A stretch of DNA of 64,000 bases from Phoronis australis. Taxonomy: Eukaryota > Animalia > Phoronida. The stretch is taken from positions 1 through 64,000 of the forward strand of contig NMRA01000323.1 of the NCBI GenBank assembly GCA_002633005.1, in the 5' to 3' direction. The notes beneath the pieces were generated by a model. That model did no database searches. It was not told the origin of the DNA and saw nothing but the letters and a program-made list of their open reading frames with translations. The position numbers and the translations under genes were made by a program. Positions 38,659-49,345 of this stretch are shown here, in pieces (within the stretch, counting starts at the first letter, position 1; each line of letters opens with the position of its first letter).

Positions 38659-39949
38659 AATCCTTCGATCCTCCGAATGATTGTCGCCTGAAAACACAAA
38701 TATCGATATTTTATCAATGCCAGTTCTAGGTCTATACAGCGGCTGCAATTACATGTCTCCAATATATACATGTACAAGCATATTTTTATCAGAAAGGATA
38801 GTAAATACATGTGTAGACATAATAATTCTTCCGATAATATAGTTAAAGTTGCTGGATCCGAATTTGGCGAATCAGAGGGCTAAAATTCAAATTCAAACCG
38901 ATTTGTTTGTGTGTTACAAATCAAAACGAATCATGACCTTTGATCCGGGTGCAAAAATACCCAGAGTCGCGTGTCTTTGTTTTCTCTAAGAAAAATTGTG
39001 GACAAATGTCGATGTCTGAGGAAAAATCTGATCCGCGGCTAGAGGATGCAACAGGACACAAGGTTAATTGGGAATTTTTGTATCCGGATTAAAGAAAATG
39101 ATTCGTTTAGTTTAACTTAACATTTAGCCGTCTTATTTTCCAAAACTCGCGTGCATCAACTTCACTTGTCTTATCAATGGACGTCGAACGACTTTTCATC
39201 CTTGTATCTTTACAGAAGGACATTGTGTTAAATAGCTACCTTATCCACGAATTTACTCTATCGATAGAATTCTGACTCCCTGTAATTGGACTGACTCTGT
39301 CTTTTGACTAACAATATCTACCAAGAGACACATACTTTTATCTAAATCGATAGACTTCTTCAAAACGATGAAGCCTTGAAACGTGGGTTATGTCTTCTCA
39401 TCACAATCACCAAGAGTTTAAACAGAGATGATAAAAAACAAATCACTGCAAGGTTGCAAATAATCCAGGTCATCCAATATAACCACCGATCGGATCTAAA
39501 TGTATAAAGGTCAGTAACTGGGATCGACAAGATCGATCCACTCAACATCCACACAAGAATAAAGGGCGGTGTTCTTTTAGTGAAGCAACTGAAGGCAAGG
39601 TGCATCGTGGTACAAATGTGGGAATTATTACAGACAAGTCTTTACATTAAAATTACAACCAAGATTAATCGTAATGAATGTCTGTTAAGAAATCGCAACT
39701 GTCGTGAAAACATGTGCGCGCGCTAGGCCTACTCTCGGTGACTGCAGCTTAATTTGTGGAGGGATCGTAAACGTTAGCTTTGACCTGGCTATAAATCTAT
39801 TGACTATGGTATGAGCATCTGATTTAAAAAAATTAAATTTCAATCGCTCCACTGGTATATCAGCTGATTTATTTTCAGTTGCATCAACTAATCTAATTAT
39901 TAGACGATCAACATTTTTAGGTGACAGATCAGACGGCATGTAAATTTGC

Positions 39950-42631
39950 TAGGCTGGTGGTGGATGAGTTCCTGATAAGTCCCTCTGAAAAGTTTGCATG
40001 CCAACTCACTTATAGTTAAATGTTAAATTAGTGTTAACAGTTCAGGTTTTTTCAGTTGGACTTGTATCGTAAGCAACAGCTCAGTAAAGAGCCCTGAATA
40101 TGCAAATGAAATTCAAAGATAAAGACCTTGTGTCTTAGAAGCCAAGTACCACAGATCATCATGCAATAAAAAATAGAAAGACAAAGATTGTGAAGAGTGA
40201 CGAATCCACAGTTTTCAGAGGGGTTTTTCTAGAGTTGTGTTTGGAGTTCATTGAATCAAAGCTTCTAACACATGGAGATGTCATTTGCCTTTCAAAACTA
40301 AAGCAAGACTTTGAAGGTGGTGTGCATGAAGTTATTTGGACAGGCAATCTTAAAGGCGAAGGCAACCTTTTTTCATGTCACTTTTTGCCAAAATAAGGTT
40401 CGTTGATTATCCCAGACACATTTTTCACTTAATTACAGCTTTTCGTAATTTGATTAATTTCTCGTCCTCTACTCCGGAAGTGACGTTTTGGGAGGCAAGA
40501 GTTTCGCTCCAATTTCTTTTCATTATAGTCTGACTGTGAGAACTGTCGAGTCAGTCATTGTTCTACCTCGGTTGTGATAAGTTCGGTAGTCGTTTGCTTT
40601 TGTTTACAAGTCAGTCAACATGCCACGCTGTTGCTGCTTGCCGAAATGTACTCATTATCGTCTCGCTTTCCGAAGGATGACACACTTCGCCGTACTTGGC
40701 TAGCTCGCTCATGTGAAGAACACAGCGCTACCCGTCCACGCAACGTACAAATTAGTGGAGGGTTACCGAGTGTGTGGCAAGCATTTTCTGCCATCAGATT
40801 ACGACAGAGATATGTACGCTGAATTGATGAAGGTCCCTGCGAAACAACGCCTGAAGAAGGGTATCATACCGTCACTGTTGATTCCCGGTAGTGCCCCGTC
40901 GCCAACCTCGAGAAGTGCGTTTTTGAAGCGAGTAGCCTTGTGGCCAATATATACCGTGACTGGAGGCACTTCATCTACTGTCACCCGTGCCTCCGAACGT
41001 ACCACATTGCGTGATAAGTTTATTGTGGACTTGTATTGGAGCTATTTAGAAGGTGCCAGGTGTGTGGCGAGGGAGTCACACGGCGGGATGTAAGCAGTTT
41101 GGGTGCTCAGATCACCCTCCAGTGGGAGTGTGTCGTGGGACACTCGGGCAAGTGGGACAGTTCTTCCTCTGTACGTGAGACGATAATGAGTACACTCCAG
41201 TACGCAGCAACAGCGTGGCATGAACAATGACTGACTCTACTGCTCTCACAGTCAGACTGTATGAAAAGAAATTGGCGCGAAATTCTTGCCTCCCAAAACG
41301 TCACTTCCGGAGTAGGCTACGAGTAATTAATTAAATTACGAAAAGCAGTAAATAAGTGAAAAATATGTCTGGAATAATCAACGAACCTTATTTTTGCTAA
41401 AAATGACATGAAAAAAGGTTGCCTTAGCCTTTAAGAAACGACTGTTGAAGCTACTCACTGTTGTAGTTTGAGCCTGACTAAGAGATATGAAAGTGAATTG
41501 AGACTAGTGTTCAATAATTCACTTGCTGACTCTAATTAACACAGCCCATTATAACATATTTTGAATCAAACGTTTGCCCAAATCCTGCCCGCCTCAAAAC
41601 AAGGACTCAGTGTTTGACCCTTCATTGCATGCAGGCCAATCACCAGTGTGCAGTGCTGTACCCTCTCTAATCGACCATAGTTGGTTCATTGGCGGTGGAG
41701 CTTTACAATTAAAATTTATGGCAACGCCCGCAGCTCCATTGACAGTACTAAATGATGAACGCTGCAAGTGCAAAAAGAACATTTGTGCTGGATAACTGAG
41801 TTTGTGCTGCAATACTGTATCAAACTGTATAGAAAAGTGTAGCTGTTACAACTGTAGTAACATCAGCAACACTCACTTCATAACATTGGATAGTTCTTTG
41901 ACAAGTCAACCCTAAATAGACCTCCAACCCCATTATTTCTTGTTTTTTGTATTAAAAAGTGAATTTTATTTGTTGATTAAGTCATAGAAATTACATACTT
42001 TGATAATTGTCATGTACTTGTCTCATACTGCTTGATAAACGCAGTCAGAATAATCTATTATTTTCATACAGTCTGTTTGCACATTCACAGAGATCATTCA
42101 ACTATATTATTTTTGTACTACAACGTATTTCTGGTGTATTATGCAAACAAGCTATATTTTACACCATTAGTCAATGGTTCAGTCATTGAGGCACAAATTT
42201 TGCCCAGTCTCAAGTGTTTTGTGTAATTTTTGTTGCCTGGAAATGCCAGAATAACCTCCTAGTAACATTCATGAGACTTAGTTTGCATTTTTTAAATTTC
42301 ACTGTTTACAATTAGTCTGCAATAGTAAAACACGTAATATGAGTGTATTATTGTTCAATACAATGACAAGGATGGGACCATGTTACTTGTTTTACAGAAG
42401 TGATAGCAAAAACTGTTATTTTTACAAATATAAGTTCTCCTAGCTCTATGGTGGTTATTATGCAAATTCAAACTCAAATTTCTCAAAAATGTGCAACTTT
42501 ATATCTGGGAACTTTTTAGATTTTGAAAACACTCTAGTAAATGAAGTAAAAACACCAAAATAAAATTGCCCCCCTAAAGTACTCACAAAAACCATTTTCT
42601 AGAAGACCTACAAATTCTGGCCAACCGCCTA
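39950..42631 (+). mobile_element. Second Academ-type relic (internally deleted), interrupted by a Kolobok element
   Basis: Termini TAGGC(T)GGT / ACCGCCTA, ATGCAAAT-rich subterminal regions, and a C-terminal remnant PPQNKD...W...AAP...CKCKKNIC...C...CSCYNCSN at about 41570-41862. The left end is less certain. Confidence 0.6.
40354..41430 (+). mobile_element. Non-autonomous Kolobok transposon with THAP-domain remnant
   Basis: TIRs of about 210 bp (40354-40563 and 41222-41430) starting AGGC, TTAA on both flanks. Frameshifted THAP (MPRCCCLPKC / FPKD..LRRTW / RVCGKHF / LKKGIIPSL) and CQVC...WEC..GH..W.S zinc motif. Confidence 0.85.
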
Positions 42632-42800
42632 TGTTCTTCATCAGTATTCACCCTATACAAGGCTACGTAAATCCAAACTAGTGCTGTAGTGGGACGTAGG
42701 CGCACGTAGGCGCAGCCAACCACCTTTTGGTATTTAAACGTAGCGCCTACGCCCCTTATTGACTTCACTAGAACCGCTCTGAGGTGGTGGCGTGTTACAA

Positions 42801-43335
42801 CTATTATTAAAATGTCTTGGTCTATTTACACCAACCTCTTGTCTATTTACACTGTCAGGACGTTTCGGTCAGTTTATTCTCCCGCCATCGTCAGGTGTTC
42901 CTGCGTTCTTAGAAGAATTAGCACGGATATGTGGTACACTCATCATGGTGTCATTTTTGTCCAAAATAGTCAAGAAGTGTATAATCAAATGCCTTGCATC
43001 AAGATCAAAAGAAATCTGCAGTGATACAACACTCCAAGCAGAAATGACCAACTTGACGGTGACAGTCGAAAGAAATGGCTATACCCAAAGGATTTCATCA
43101 AGTCGGCTTTAACATCCCAGTAAACAGAGAAAGCGGCAGAAGAACGCCCACTGCAGGCTATGTGCTTACCATATATACCAGGTATAACTGAGAAGCTAGG
43201 AAGCATATGTAACGAATTTAAAATAAGAACAGTATACCGCAGCTCAGACACGCTGACAAAAGTCAAACTAAGAACTGACATGGGGAAAATGTCATCTATA
43301 AAATCCCATGCGAATGTGGTGAATCATATATTGGT
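42801..43335 (+). mobile_element. Penelope-like retroelement fragment (RT thumb/linker and GIY-YIG start) with inverted terminal repeat
   Basis: IIKCL..R...IC...NGY, LPYIPGITEKL and VIYKIPCECGESYIG on +; 42801-42959 carries the hammerhead-bearing repeat on -. Confidence 0.85.
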
Positions 43336-43801
43336 AAAGAAGCCGACGGTAAGTTAGCTATAGGCACCCCTCCGTCGTTGCTCAAAAACCAGAATTTAAC
43401 TACCGCGTTTGCTTGCTCTGAGAAAACACCGACGAGCATGGCTCACATTTTTCGGGAAGAGTAGGTCTAGACCCAATAAAACTTTGGTCAATGAAGATAT
43501 GCTTCTCGATCTTGTCAATAATATCAATGGTGCACAGCCTCACAGACTTAATTCATACGAGCAACCAACTCGACGGAAAAGATTTCCAAGGTTAGATGCC
43601 ACCATTCCGAAGGTTCGCTACTTCGAAGGTCCACTACTCCGAAGGTTGACCACCTTCAAGAGTTCACTACTTCGAATGTCCACAATTCCAAAACCAGAAC
43701 TCCAACAGTTATTTTTTCTTAAGCATAAGCACAGCACTAGGAGTCGCTTCGCATTATATCCAGGTTCTAATTGCACACATTCACAAGAATTAGAAAGGCC
43801 G

Positions 43802-43921
43802 AGACTAGAGGAGTAGGATACACCTTTGTGCAAGGCTCGATTGTCAGCCAATGATGTCAGGATTCGAACTCAGGTCTTCCAAACAGGATACAGGAGTCTC
43901 CACCTAAAGCCACTGAGGCAC
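43802..43921 (-). mobile_element. tRNA-derived SINE fragment, same family as 35103-35222
   Basis: A-box-like TGGCTTTAGGTGG and B box GAGTTCGAATCC on the minus strand, plus the shared body. Confidence 0.7.
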
Positions 43922-44179
43922 AGGGTTCATTACTCTGATTGTCTGCTAATGAGTCGTAACAGACATGAATAAAGTATTGTATTTGTGTCCATTTAGTAAC
44001 AATTAAAAGGGTGTGCAAACGTTGACTGGTTTTTAATACATTGAGTTCATTGTTTACAAATGAGCTCAGTTCCAATCACTGCCAATCGTGATTCTTGATT
44101 CTAACGATACATTTTCAAGCATGGACAACATCTTGGGCACGAGTCAGGGCTGCGGCGATCATCGGACTGAATGGGGCTC

Positions 44180-47100
44180 TGATACGCCGTAAAATGTAAC
44201 AATTTCGTAAAATGTAACAACTGTTACATTTTACGTCATTGTTACATTTTACGTTGCTAAGCCTGTCCTGAAATGTAACAAATTGTTACATTTTAGTATT
44301 GTTACATTTATGCTCGGAATATGTCCCGAAAATAATAGGTGCGTCGCAAGCTCCGTTTCCAGAGATACAAAGGAGACCGGGTATAGGCGATATAAGGTCA
44401 TTTATTATGACTGATAAGGTACAGAAATATGAGTGTACAAAAAACAAAAGATAAAATAATAATCTCTGGAAAGATGGGCAATAAAAAGCGCCAGCACTGA
44501 GGTAAGAGGAACTACCCAAAGCAGAGGGTGGTAGAGGGTGGGAAAAATGAAGAGAGATTAGCTCGAACCTAAGTGCTGCAAAGCGAAGTACTGATGGCAG
44601 GAAATATAACTTTCTTGAGAACAAAGGAGCCCTATGACACGTGACAATCATCAGCCTATGGGAGCCAGGAGCTGCCCAAACTCGTGGCAGTAATACAAAC
44701 GAACCAATAGTGAGGCTGGAAATGGAATGTCCTAGTGCCTTGAGTGCAGGAGGACCGCAAGCGAATCTACACAAGGGGTTATTGGACCAGTCCGAAAGAT
44801 GGGGGTATAAGAGGGACGAGTCCATATTCTCACATAAATATATTTAACGAGTGAAATATCATTTCCCGTCGAACGTACATGCGAGAAATGTACCATTGTT
44901 ACATTTTCCGAAACCCACGTCATATTGCAAAGAAAATGACCAAAATCCCGAATAAGTGGTATCTGACACGGCCGGGGGATACTAAAGTATTTGTAGATGA
45001 AAATTTGAATAACTACCCGTTTAGAGAGTGGGCTTGAACTAAAAAGTGATCCATTTAGAGACTAATTTGTGCAAAAATTCACATTTTCGCACACTTCTGT
45101 TTCAGAAATTCAGGAAGGTCACCTTTTAGATATAGTTTTGTCGGAAATGGCGCCATTTTGGAGAGTATTTTTTCTGTGAAAAAACACACCCTGTTGTACT
45201 GCACTTTTCATATACATCTTCTATAGGAATGAGACGGGCTGACACGACATGAATTTGGCTACCTATTATGATTTTTATTAGTATTACATTAGTATCTCTA
45301 CTGTTACTGCTACCACTGCTTTTACTGCTATCAATAGTATTACTCGTTGTCGCTTCGTTTTCGTTATCGTTGTTTTTACTATTAATATTTTTAAATTTAT
45401 TGATTGAGGACACAATACATGTTTAACAAAGTCCTGATACATCATGGTCCTCAAAAATCTTAAAATTATCTCATTTGTCGTTCAATGTTGTCATCGGGCT
45501 TTGCATACAGGACGGCGAGTGCTGTTGGAAAAGGATTTTAGAGGGGTTCCTATGTTCAGCTTTAACGACATTGCGAGGAACGTCTTGACAGCTGTGGATG
45601 CAGAGTATGCCTACTTTTTGGAAACGAGGAGGTTGAGATTTAAAATCTTGTTTAGGCGTGCACCAAATTCAAAAATTGATTATTTCTGAACTATCGCAAG
45701 CACTGCATTATTTTTAAATATAACTAAATTAATCTGTAGTTTGCCACAAAGAACTGAATTCAGACCGCAATATTGTCTCTGACTTGTTGAAAACATTCCT
45801 TTTCAAAGAACTGGGGCTCGTTCCATGATAATACGGAAGTTCAAAAATTGCGTTAAGTTGAACTCTGGAGGCAGACATTTTTCGGCAATTCTAACGACTA
45901 GTCGGCTGCGGTCACCGGGTCATTAGAATAGCGGGTAACGGACACACATGACACGCAACAATTTTATGTGGAATGGGCCCCAATATTCTTAGAAAAACAC
46001 AGTGATTTAACAGAATGATTTGAACTAGGTTTCATTAAAAGTTGATTGTATGGAACAAAAACCGCCAACGTCGAAGTCAGCGATGTTTAATACGAGCATT
46101 TAATGTAATGCATCAAAAAGATTAAAAAGCAGTGCATCAAAAGGATACCCTTATCTGCGAGCTGCAACACAAAAATGGTGCCTCATGAGACACGTGAATT
46201 CACGTCCATTAATAATAGAAGGTCCAATCTTTATCCTTATTTATTTGTACTTCAAACTAACGACCATTGGTCAAATAGCAATTTTAATTCATATTTTATC
46301 TTAAAAGGTAATACAAAGAGAAATTGCATGTTTTTATAGTCTGAAAGCCCGACAGTAAGCTTTTTTGAATCATTGCCCCTTTAAACTATAGATCTAGACC
46401 AGGTTTGAGCAAAATGATCAGGTCCCTTCAGCGTGCTAGGCATCCCATTTTTACATATACACGTCGCGGTTTCACCTGTTGTTACAACCACTATCTCAGA
46501 CAGGTTTGACATCATGGGAACAATGATATTTCTTTCGTCACAATGCCGCCACATTTTGAACTAATGGCTCGCCCTTCTCAAAGGCGATATTTTGCTGTTG
46601 CTTTGGCAAAATCTGTCAACCTGCCGGCAAATAAATGCGTGCTCTTATTTCCTTCCACCACAATGTCTTTAAGAAATTGTCATTCTTAACTAAGGTGGTA
46701 GACGGCACCCGTCGGCATCAGAAACTTTGATTTTGCTCCTTTTGTGTGAATCAGGGCAATTACTGAATTAGCGATGACTCCAAGGCAATAAAACACTGGC
46801 CGAAATAAACCAAACTATCGTGGACTAAAACTGATATTTTTTCTATCAAATTGGCTTCCGAAATTGAAATCTCCATGGAAAATTTTGTTATCGTCGTTCG
46901 TTCCCGAAGAAATACGATAAATATTAGCCAAATACGATGTCATTGTTGTTCTTACAAAGGGAAGTGTATTTACTGTAATGTCGGAAAAAAATTGGTTTGT
47001 CAGCGTCAACAAAAGAATGCAGGAACGCTTTGACGATAAAAAACTTGTTTCCTGATTCTGGAAACTCCTTTCGTGTGCAGTTGAAACTGTACGCTGTACA

Positions 47101-47471
47101 TTTTTTACTATGCCATTAAACTACTCATGTTCAAAAAACCATGGAAAGTACATCGGGACTCATCTATAAAGTCTACCTGGCACATTTGATAGAATTTCAT
47201 TCACACAATCCGAGGAAGAAGGCGTTAAGTGTGTGAACGGTTTTCCTCCGTGTGACAATTACCTTGCAAACTCATGAAAGATGGCGTCGCTTTCGTAAAA
47301 TGTAACAATGGTACATTTCTCGCATGTGCATTCGACGTAAATTGTAACAACTACATAAAATGTAACAACTTGTTACATTTTAGGAGAGGCCTAGCAACGT
47401 AAAATGAAACAATGGCGCGAAATGTAACAGTTGTTACATTTTACGAAATTGTTACATTTTACGGCGTATCA
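44180..47471. mobile_element. Non-coding DNA transposon with TGATACGCCG termini and 6-bp TSD
   Basis: TIRs built of AAAATGTAACA / TGTTACATTTT subrepeats; TSD GGGCTC (44174-44179 and 47472-47477). Confidence 0.85.
44311..44834 (-). mobile_element. Possible solo LTR inserted in the left TIR of the 44180 element
   Basis: Interrupts the TIR; TG...CA ends with imperfect inverted GAATATG motif; AATAAA on - near 44401-44406; no clean TSD. Confidence 0.4.
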
Positions 47472-47732
47472 GGGCTCTCTGACTTTGTGAAGACTGGCAG
47501 TGGCAGGGTAGCCTGCTAAGTGCAAACTACATTTAATTTTGCCCCGGCCGTGTTACTGGTTCCGGTGGGTGAGGTTCAGGCCCAGCGGCCCTAAAATTTT
47601 CAGTCGCGCTGTGAAACGATGGGACCTTGACATGGATTTGATGAATGTATCGTGGTTTATAATTCATCAGTATTTCCACTCCATATTTTTAAAATGTAAT
47701 AACGTTCTCATTTTTCCGTGTTCGTAAGGCAT

Positions 47733-48740
47733 TGATACACCCTAAAATGTAACAATTTCGTAAAATGTAACAATTGCTACATCTTACGTTATTGTTACAT
47801 TTTACGTTGCTACCCCTCTCCTAAAATGTAACAAGTCGTTACATTTATGTAATTGTTACAATTTACGTCGAATGCACATGCGAGAAATGTACCATTGTTA
47901 CATTTTACGAAACCGACGTCAGATTTCATGAGTTGCATTGTATTTGTCACACGGAGGAAAGCGGTTCACACACTTAACGCGTTCTTGGATTGTTTGAATG
48001 AAATTCTATCAAATGTGCCAGCTCGAATTCATAGATGTGTCCGTATGTGCTTTTTATTGCTCTTTAACCTGGGTTCTTTCTTGGTATAGTCAAAAATGTA
48101 CCCCCTACAGTTTCAATTCTAGACGAAAGGAGTTTCCGGGATCAGATAACACGTTTTTTATTGTTAAAGCGTTCTTGCAATCTTTTGTGGGCGGTCACAG
48201 GCAACACCCAATTGTGTGTCGGGCATTACAGTAAACACACTTCCCTTGGTACCCCGTAAGCACAACAGAAACAATGACAGCGTATTCAATTTCGGGAGCT
48301 AATTTGATAGAAAAACACCCGTTTTAATACACGATAGCTTGATTTATTTCAGCCGGTGTTTTATTGCCTTGGAGTCACGACTAATGCTCCACACGAAAGG
48401 GACAAGACCAAAGTTTCTGGTGCCGACAGGATGTGTTTACCACCTTAGTTACGAACGACAATTTCTCGTGAAACGTGTATTGAAGGGCTGGGCTGAAAGA
48501 AATATAATTTTTCCTATGATGTCAAACCTATCTGAACTTGGTGGTAACAACTGATCAAACCGTGACGTGTATACGTAAAATGGGAGGCCTAGGTTGGGAA
48601 ATAAAAAATGTTTTGCCACTCTGAAAGGATCCCACGGTCATTTTGCTCATACGCGTCTAGGTTGATAGTTTAAAGGGGCAACATTCCGAAAAAAGCTGAC
48701 TGGGGGGGTCGTGGACTTCAAAAACATGCATTTTCTCTTT
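47733..48740. mobile_element. Second, truncated and inverted copy of the TGATAC-ended element
   Basis: Diverged reverse complement of about 46315-47471; homology stops where the Penelope tail begins. Confidence 0.8.
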
Positions 48741-49345
48741 TAAAGAAAACAACAATGGTTTTAAGTCGACTTGACATGTTTCGGTGTCATTTATTCAAAC
48801 ACCATCATCAGAAGAGAGAATGCAGTGGCCACCTAGCTAGGCCCAGCAACAAGTAATGAAGCACAGATACAGTCAGTTACAGGTAGTGACAATGAACTAG
48901 ACCAGCAATGACAAACTGTGGTGGGCTTGCACCAACTGATGTGAAGAGCCTCACGAATTTTAAGCTCCTTTGTTGTTACTGCCTGGTCTATTATTGCAAA
49001 GCCATTGAAAGAGCACTGCTGATAACAATGATTGGAGCTCTGTAGGTGAATATTTACATGTGAACCTCTGTCAGAATTTAGATGTTCCTTGGTCCTGGTT
49101 TTCAAATGGCGAACAGTTTCGCCTATATAACTGGAGCCACATCCAGCACAGATAAATTTGTACACTACCCTGGACCGTAGACCCATAGGAATTTTGTCCT
49201 TAGGGTTAAATATATTCGACAGTTATAGACTTGAATGTTAATACAACTCTTAAGTTTACACAGTAATTATTCGCCAATTTGTTGAGTTTTCGTTGAGCAA
49301 TCTTGGTGTAAAACCCAACATACGGTACTTTAACGTACTTGTAGT
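48741..49345 (-). mobile_element. 5'-truncated Penelope-like element (GIY-YIG endonuclease) with 3' hammerhead motif
   Basis: YVKVPYVG...KLNKL, then VVYKFICAGCGSSYIGETVRHLKTRTKEH...F.IID...LKIREALHI...KP (ORF 48833-49186). Confidence 0.9.
48770..48814 (-). ncRNA. Minimal type I hammerhead ribozyme
   Basis: CUU-CUGAUGA-U-GGUGUU(ugaauaaau)GACACC-GAAA-CAUG-UC^AAG: complete core, 6-bp helix II, palindromic ACAUGU helix III, 3-bp helix I. Confidence 0.75.
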
